A program made the translations under genes and the position numbers. Below are positions 56,501 to 64,000 of a stretch of DNA of 64,000 bases, piece after piece. The DNA is taken from positions 372,001-436,000 of the forward strand of contig JAKMXF010000266.1 of NCBI GenBank assembly GCA_024704765.1, written 5' to 3'. Source of the DNA: Oopsacas minuta (taxonomy: Eukaryota > Animalia > Porifera). Below the pieces are notes generated by a model that was not told the DNA's origin, ran no database searches, and was given only the letters and a program-made list of their open reading frames with translations. The stretch's first letter is position 1, and every line of letters begins with the position of its first letter.

Positions 56501-59500
56501 TCACTCTGTTTCCAGAAGTTCCCGTTTATCGCGGTTATACTGTATTAACTAAGGCGTCACTTGAAATATCATAATTAAATTTCTAGTTAATGAAGCTATC
56601 ACACTCTTTTTAACAAAAGTGCAATAGATATCAATTAACTTGGGCGATTCATAACTTAGAGTGGAATGAAATTCAAATAATTATAGATTAGTTTAACAGA
56701 CCTTACAGTCTAGTATCAAACTTTACATCCAGTATCACACCGACTAATGTAATAATAACTTGCTTACTATTTATCTATTAACACACAAGTACAAATTCTA
56801 TATTGCAACTAGTTACTAAAATAATCATCTGTTAAAAGTATTTACCACATGCGTGTATGTGAGTATTTTCCAAGAAATTCGAGGAAATACATGACTAAAA
56901 TTGTGGATATGTTACTGGATTAATGTGTTCATTTTTGCACTTTTTCAACATACGAATATACTGTAAATATGCTCCATTGTACGTTAGCTAAGTGTTTGGC
57001 ATCAGTATTCTGCCCATTTGTAGATATCGTTTTATCTATGATAGAAGAGGCATTAAATGTTCCATTAACATAACACCTTGCTATATAGAGTGATTCTTAT
57101 CTATTCAGTGCCTAAGTTTGTTAATAGATTGAAAAGTTGTGCATTTGAATCTTATCGTGTTTTGTTGTAGAGTGATGAAAATAGCAGAAATTGAAGGTTT
57201 TGCCAATGCTTCTTCCAACCAGTATACTCCTCAGACGAATATAGGTAAGAATAAGTGTAATGCTAATCTATTTCTTTTCACGTCAAAGGGTGAATCCTTT
57301 CATTAATAAGTGATATCTTTCAAAGAAAAGTTGTAACTCATTTGTCTGAATATTTTAGCATATTCTTAACCTTTTGGGAAGTTGTAAATCAACTGTTGTT
57401 CTGTTAATCATTAATCAGCTGGGTTCCATATTTCTAGTCATTTCTTGAATTAATTTACACCTATTAAAAGGCTAATAAACTTGAAACTCTTATATCATCT
57501 GTGTTGACACATAGAAATTCCAACAAGTTATAGTGATTTGGAAATTTGATTATTGGATATTTCTATTTTTGGGTAATATAGAATTGATAACAAGCCTTTA
57601 ATGCTTTTACCATTTTAAAACTGTTTACATAATTAAAATATTTTACATTTAATAGTTTAAATATTATATTTTAAAAATTTTATCAAAGTCAATTATATTT
57701 TGAATTATACCTTGTAAGTCATAACAATTACAATGTAAAATTTATTTTCACGAATCATGACTTTATACTATCTGCATTAAATTGTCTACAGTCAACTATC
57801 GAAGCTCAAGGGGCAGCGATAATTACTTCAATATAACCCGATGGAATTTATGTTACTTTAACTTGGTTTGGGACCATGTGCATATTTCAATATATCCGTG
57901 TTCGATATAACGGGAGTTTACTGTATCTCATCTCTAATATAAAAATAATAATTATTAATATTATAATTTTCAACAGAATCAATGCAAAAACACATACAGT
58001 TTATCAAACAAGCAGCTCCAACTACAAATAACCCAATCTCCATTGAGAATACCGCTACTACTAAAACACACACACTTCTCCACGTCGATCCAACACACAC
58101 ATTCTCATACACAACCAGCAGTTCTCCTGAAGCACAAATAATAAACACAAACACACATTTTGTACATGATCAGTCTCCAATAGTAACAATGATACCCAAC
58201 GGTACTGGCTATGCAATTAATGCATTGCCTTCCAAACAAGGAAGTATATTCTTTCAAGGTAAGTGATGCATAATGGGGTCGACTGAGATAAATGAGAGGC
58301 GAACAACCCATTAGCTAGTTTGGTAATATACATGTTAAGTAATCTCTGTCTGTCGATAATAATCTCAGTAGCATTTCTCGAATTTTATTCAAAGAATTAT
58401 CTATCTAGAAATAAGGAATTGATCACTTCGAATACCTCCATAATTACTCGTTGAGTTGGTGCTAGGGCACTGATGGTATTTTGTGATGAACTTTCTATCA
58501 CACTATCTATTCATTGCCTAAAATTGTTGTTCCCAAAACATAACTTAATATTGACTAGCATTTGACCTTACTTAATTCACATTGATTAGAAATGATACAC
58601 TAATGATATAATAGAAACAGAATTGTGGTTATATTTTCGCCTTGAATTAATTTACACATGTTTTACATATGCGGTTTTATGTCACATGTCTAGACATTGG
58701 TTGAAAGATATTATCTATTCTATGAATTCGTGTTTGCACTAAATCTAATTAAAAATTATGTGTTTAATATTACTTTACTTATAGGTTCGCATCAAACACG
58801 GAAATCTCCTACACAGGAAGGTATTGAGACGAAAAAGCTTAGACTTGACAATTCTCCAGTTCAAATACATCCGCCGAGTTCTTTTATTAGTATTGCACAA
58901 CCAACGCAATTGCCTGTCCAGCTACCTCAAACTTTAGGTATTAAATATCACTTTATACTACATTACCTGAATTACTAGCCTGAAGTTTTTTCAAAAATTA
59001 CGTGACTAGCTTGATCATCGTAATGAGTGCTATTTTCTAATTATATGTTAAAATTATCCTAAACTGTGGCATCGTGCACACTGCATAAAGGGCAGAAATT
59101 GGTGCCGAGGGTATATTCTGGGCAAATTCTAAAATCATCTGCCACTTCCAAGGACTTCACCTCTGAAATCAAGACCTACGTTACATGTCCTCTGTTTATA
59201 TGAACTTTCCGCAAGGTTTTGTGATACCGTGCATTTATACGTTACAACTAATTCGAGTGAAAAAACTATGAATATATCAGAATGTGTATTATTGTCCAAG
59301 TCTAATACAGTTTTAGTGAATATTATACATGTGAAAATGTACAACTATTTTATTTGTGCTCATTAACTAGTTCATACAATATATTAGGCATCCAGAATTC
59401 AACAGGAAGTATCCAGATAATCGCGAATAGAAACACTTCATCAACTCAACAAATATCAGACTTACAGCCTATCTTCACTACAGCTCCACAACCTCCTGAC

Positions 59501-59911
59501 TGTATTGTCACTCATGATAATATTACTCGTAACAACACGAAAACACTTTCTGGCGTACAAATAATACAAAACAGACCACAAGGTCCAATTTTATCCTCCA
59601 ACCCCCATTTCACTACAAATCAACTTCAAACGACACAAATAATACAAAACAATGGTCATTTTTCTCCTACACAAATTCCTGATACAGCTAAATCTTCACA
59701 ATCAGATCTATCCAGTTGTCAGACAACATACTCACTCCCTAACGGAACTGGTTCATATGTGATGGCATATTTACCAATACTATTGCCTTGTAATAAAGAA
59801 GCCAACGGTACATCAAATGAATGTGCACCCAATAACATTCCAATCTTAGCTTCCCTACCAACGGGGGTTAACTTCCAAGCCTCTAGTATACCATCAGTTA
59901 TTCCCTCTTGA
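51400..59911 (+). CDS. Divergent T-box transcription factor (closest by eye to Tbx2/3/4/5-type or a lineage-specific class), about 700 aa
   Basis: Exons 51400-51721, 52642-52903, 54615-54882, 55826-55972, 56304-56374, 57171-57244, 57977-58258, 58785-58937, 59388-59911; GT-AG, in phase, 2103 nt. T-domain: WSQF...GTEMVLTKRGRRMFP...YILLMD...DDHRYKF...HSDSP...SFRKLKLTN...GHILLNTQHKYTPR...ITQLKVDNNPFAKHFR. S/T/Q/P-rich tail with KKLRL. Confidence 0.9.
53481..53507. repeat. (TTA)9 microsatellite in a T-box intron
   Basis: Nine perfect TTA units. Confidence 0.9.
56388..56542. mobile_element. pogo/Tigger-like MITE in a T-box intron
   Basis: TA|CAATGTAACCTCCACAAACGG ... CCGTTTATCGCGGTTATACTG|TA. Confidence 0.55.
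57789..57923. mobile_element. pogo/Tigger-like MITE in a T-box intron
   Basis: TA|CAGTCAACT ... TTCGATATAACGGGAGTTTACTG|TA. Confidence 0.6.
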
Positions 59912-60373
59912 AATCAACCGTCTCAGATTCCTTGATCACTCCTATATTAAACACCCCTCTTAATCCCATTATGTCTGTATACTAATTCTCATTTTCAACA
60001 TAGTCCTTTCTAAACAGAAGGGCGAGCTCTTATTTCTTTTCAGAGAAATACAGCTTATCGACAGAGAAAATTTCCATTTTCGCCTAGATTCAAGTTTTGA
60101 ATTCTACACGTAGCGATTTGTACTCACACTCACACACCTGTTGCATGCCCCCAGAGTTGCTTTAAATTTGTTTGCTTTGTTATTTCAAAGTTTAATGAAA
60201 TATGTAATATTATTCAATGCTTTTTAGTTAGCAACGATTACGCTTAATGGTATGTACCTTGATTGGTCCACTTCTAGTATTTCTCAGTACTATGGATTAT
60301 AGTGAGACATCGGAAAGTTTGAGTTTCTCTGCTATATATGCACAATATGGAGTTTTTGTAATATGTACATATA

Positions 60374-60490
60374 CAGTGAAACCTCTAATCAGGGAACAAT
60401 TCGGAGACTACTGAAAAGTGCTCCTATGAAGGTGTCCCTTGATATGCGGTGTTCCTTAATCAGAGGAGTTCCATAATGGAAGTTTAGTGG
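60374..60490. mobile_element. pogo/Tigger-like MITE
   Basis: TA|CAGTGAAACCTCTAATCAGGGAAC with internal inverted copy GTTCCTTAATCAGAGG and a degenerate end GGAAGTTTAGTG. Confidence 0.5.
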
Positions 60491-60830
60491 ACTTAAGTTT
60501 TTCTATATTCGCCCAATTAATTAAATTTCTCGCATCAAGGCAACGTACAAATTATACAAATTTGCATGATCTTATTAGTGTATGACAAACTCAAGATATC
60601 ATTTTATAGCAGGCATAGAAAATAGAAGGGTACCAAGTATGAAATAAACTAAAGAGTACAATTATTGGAAGTAAAAGGTGCATACAAGGTCAAGGGCAAG
60701 ATTGGAATAGCTACATTGTATGCTCGAGGTTCCGAGAAGCAAATATAATCCTTCCTTCATAATCTACTGATATTCCACTTGGTTTTATTAACTTTTTGCC
60801 GAGTCCACTCTCTGTCACGAGGAAACACAA

Positions 60831-61029
60831 ACGAGTGTGAAGTCACCAGTGGAATAGGAGCACAACTTAACACTTAGTAATTGTGCCAATTCTCAATCAT
60901 TGTTAGCTACAGTGTTTGTTTAGATGATGATTCGGCTGATTTTGTCTTCTTTGAGAATTGACACAATTTCTTAGTCTTAAGTTGTGCTCATATTTCAGTA
61001 CTGGAATTCGCTGCTGACTTCACACTCGT
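60831..61029. mobile_element. 199-bp Mutator-like non-autonomous element with long TIRs, 9-bp TSD and a captured internal fragment (Pack-MULE-like)
   Basis: Perfect 15-bp ends ACGAGTGTGAAGTCA / TGACTTCACACTCGT; arms 60831-60896 and 60951-61029. Exact direct repeat GAAACACAA at 60822-30 and 61030-38. The spacer 60899-60951 resembles 61419-61470. Confidence 0.75.
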
Positions 61030-61426
61030 GAAACACAACTGCAATTGTCATTATGGTCAGAAATATGAATATTACCAGCTCCATCAATGATGATACAGAA
61101 GGGTCTTATTCGATTGGTTACCCCAAGAATAATATTTCTTTCAAATGATTCATATACTTACTACAGAATATCAGATATGGGTATACCAATGCACGAAATG
61201 AAGGAATGGAATGAAAGGTCTAAGTTCAAACACTGAATTCTCAAAAGATTACTATCAATTTAAGGTATTTTGAAACAACAGCTGCTATATTGTGTCACAT
61301 ACACTTTATCCAGTTTTATACAAATACTAACTGGCCATCTTTTGATCGAATAAGAAAACGATATCAAAAGGACTGTTAAACACCTGAACTCAACTCCTTC
61401 CTAGATCAACAACGTGTTATTGTTAG

Positions 61427-61960
61427 CTACAGAGTTTGTTTAGAGGAAATTCGGCTGATTTTGTCTTCTTCAAACTGTGTTGTGAAATCATCTTGTTGTT
61501 TGGTACCTTCTTTTTGTTGAACATCATTTGTACTTTTCCAGTTTCTCCAAGTCTCTTCTTGAGCAGACTCGATAGGAGTATATCTTTTAATGATTTTTGA
61601 ATTGATATTTTCCAATACAATTTTCTGGCAAGATATGTGACACTCCTCTCGGGTATTTGCTAGAGAAAACGCTTGGAAAACTGGAAAAGTACCAATTTCT
61701 CCAACAATTAATCCCATTCCAATACTACATTCTTGTATGTAGTGCTAACAGTTTCGAATTTGCTTACCAATTCTCATATTGTCCATAAGAAGAACACTCT
61801 TATCCAGAACATCTTTGCCCTTATTCCCTTTCATTGTAGATAGCATTCTTCAGTTTCTCTGCCTTGCAAAACTTGTGTTTCAGGTATATTTCTTGCATTC
61901 TTACTTTCCATGCGTGATCAGGAGGTTCTCTGTGCAAATGTGATGGTCTTAGGGAGAGTG
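61427..61960 (-). pseudogene. Decayed coding-like segment with stops and frame shifts, origin unknown (possible transposon relic)
   Basis: Overlapping short minus-strand ORFs (61423-61620, 61427-61717) and protein-like upstream fragments (e.g. REPPDHAWKVRMQEIYLKHKFC). No family recognised. Confidence 0.3.
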
Positions 61961-62575
61961 TGAATAAGATTGTGTATCTGCGTTTTTAATATTGCAGGAA
62001 AGAGATTACAAGAAGTGCTAATTTACGAACTTTCGACTATTTATAGTCTTCTCAGCTTGAGTATTTACTATTTAGTATGATTCCTTCCAAGGATGGGTCA
62101 TATGCTGTGAATTTTTTATTGAAGAATATTGATATGGGTCCCCAGGTTACCAAAAAGCAGGACAACTATGCTTTGACTCATGACACTAAAAATTCCGAAA
62201 AATCGGAATAGCTGATAAATACCGGAATTCCCAATAAAGTGCCGGTTTTTGCACTAAAAAGTGAAAAATATGCATGAATACGACATGACATGTATTTGTA
62301 GAAAATATACAAATATACTTAGTGTTCCAGAAATTATTGTCACAGAACTTTGTTTTATTATATGAAACAACAAAATTATGAATGAATTCAGTAAATTGAT
62401 TATGGAAGCTGTATTCGAACATTTTCATAATCAATAATAAATGAATTAATTCATAATTTTATTTTTACATCAAAACAAAGTTATTGACAATAATTTCCGG
62501 ATGCGTTATATTTCTACGTACAAACATGCGTACATTTATTGTAAATTCATATTTCCTAGTTCCTACTAGCTTATA

Positions 62576-63763
62576 ATGAAATTCCTTGTTATTCTAACGA
62601 CTCTCTTCTCTCTTATACAATTACATTCTACTGAGATCCCTCTAACAACTGCTAACTCATCTAGCACAAGATTCCTTACATATATGGTGAATCCTCCAGA
62701 AGGATTCAATCTCCGTAGAGATGTGTATGTACGTATTTCTACGTTGATACACAGACTGATAGAGAACGGGCAGAATTGGGTGCTTGTGTTACCCCCATGG
62801 CCTCACCTCTATCACTGGAAATCAGGTCGCCAAAATGGTCTCTCATGGTTACAGTTTTTTGACATTCAAAGTATGTCCAAATTCATTCCAGTTATCGACT
62901 GGATTGAATATCAGAAAATGAATGGGCCTGCCAAAATAGATAGAGTTTGGAAACTAGAAACCCCTGACTTCACAGTAGAAGGATATAAATTCGAGACTGA
63001 GTTCACTCCAATGTCTTGTGAAAACGAAAACACAGATTATACGTTATTCGGTTCATATCATGATCCTATAGCAGAGCTAGGTGTTTACACAATAGAATGC
63101 TATAAGGTTATGGGAAGTACTGATGTATTAGAAACACCATTATCATTAATACCAGAGGGAGAGTTTCTATTGATAGAACATTTTGAGATGATTATGCACT
63201 ATCAGTTTGCTGGAAAGTTATACTGGGCTGCTAGAGCATCCATGGTGTATGCTGAACATTTACGTAGTATTGGTGACGAGTTCATGCTAGAACAGTTTGA
63301 TTTTTCATCAGAGAATAGTTTAACAGGTGACTACCTATCAGTTCATTTACGTAGAGGTGATTATGTGTATGCTAGGCCAGATGAAATACCATCATTAGAT
63401 GGAGCTATACAACAGATAGAGGATAAGTTGAATAGTTTGAATTTGTCAAAAGTATTTCTTGCTTCAGACAGTTCACAGAAAGAATATGATTATATACAAT
63501 CTAAACTAGGTAGTCGTGTAGTGAGATATACACCAAAACGTGACGTCATATCAGTTTTAGGTGATGGTGGTATATCTATCATAGATCAATGGATAGCATT
63601 ACATGCAATGTATTTCATAGGAACTGCTGAATCTACTTTTACGTTTCGTATTTGTGAAGAGAGACAGTTGAAAGGAATTCCTGTAGATTCGACTTATAAC
63701 TGTTTATGTCCTGATACTAAACCAGATTGTATACAATTAATAAAATGGAATGTTGTTACTTAG
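62576..63763 (+). CDS. POFUT2: GDP-fucose protein O-fucosyltransferase 2 (GT68), intronless
   Basis: Signal/anchor, VNPPEGFNLRRDVYVR, LVLPPWPHLYHW, VHLRRGDY, IIDQWI...FIGTAESTFTFRICEER. Confidence 0.95.
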   Translation: MKFLVILTTLFSLIQLHSTEIPLTTANSSSTRFLTYMVNPPEGFNLRRDVYVRISTLIHRLIENGQNWVLVLPPWPHLYHWKSGRQNGLSWLQFFDIQSMSKFIPVIDWIEYQKMNGPAKIDRVWKLETPDFTVEGYKFETEFTPMSCENENTDYTLFGSYHDPIAELGVYTIECYKVMGSTDVLETPLSLIPEGEFLLIEHFEMIMHYQFAGKLYWAARASMVYAEHLRSIGDEFMLEQFDFSSENSLTGDYLSVHLRRGDYVYARPDEIPSLDGAIQQIEDKLNSLNLSKVFLASDSSQKEYDYIQSKLGSRVVRYTPKRDVISVLGDGGISIIDQWIALHAMYFIGTAESTFTFRICEERQLKGIPVDSTYNCLCPDTKPDCIQLIKWNVVT

Positions 63764-64000
63764 TATTATTAAATGATGTATTTATTTTACTGATGAAACA
63801 GAGGATGAGATTGTTTAGCACCATATATGGTAGATAATTATGCTAGTATAGATTCCAAATCCTTACAATCAATCTACGACACAAATACTTATATTTTAGA
63901 AGGATTTTTATTATTTTAATTCATACTGATTAGAACATAGAAAACAGAGAATACATGTAATTATGGATTGATGGGTTTGTATAAGATAGGCTGTGCAGGT

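Noticed and set aside
53239-57462. T-box half-site-like motifs (AGGTGTTA, TTACACCT) in the T-box gene's own introns, suggesting autoregulation
   Set aside because: About five core hits versus roughly three expected by chance at this base composition.
1-64000. CRISPR arrays, rRNA, tRNA, prokaryotic operon or defence island, and selenocysteine read-through
   Set aside because: No repeat-spacer arrays, rRNA or tRNA signatures, or in-frame TGA within conserved domains were seen. The spliceosomal introns show the DNA is eukaryotic.

Overview
This is eukaryotic (animal) DNA from a compact, AT-rich genome. The gene set (T-box factor, myosin XV, POFUT2, FAM76) and the many introns of about 50-70 bp point to an early-branching metazoan such as a glass sponge. 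That assignment is inference and cannot be confirmed here. I can model 17 protein-coding genes, 15 of them on the + strand: STK11IP-like (5' truncated, with an extra DEP domain), a 6-exon PARP14-like macro/WWE mono-ADP-ribosyltransferase, a 15-exon ZCCHC8-like gene, intronless myosin XV, a HerA/FtsK-type ATPase, POP4, a talin-head-like FERM protein, a Q/P-rich orphan, cytochrome b561, PRCP, a secreted Cys-rich protein, intronless LYST, ZNHIT2, FAM76, an FMO, a divergent T-box gene and POFUT2. Non-coding elements include a SNORD43/snR70-type C/D snoRNA, about 10 TA-flanked pogo/Tigger-like MITEs, and a 199-bp Mutator-like element with a 9-bp TSD whose interior copies a nearby genomic segment (Pack-MULE-like). 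The most promising leads are that capture element, the HerA-type ATPase, the remodelled ZCCHC8 carrying an EDGEI motif, and a possibly operon-like, trans-spliced co-directional gene run. No rRNA, tRNA or CRISPR array was seen. Family calls come from motif recognition by eye; no database searches were run.
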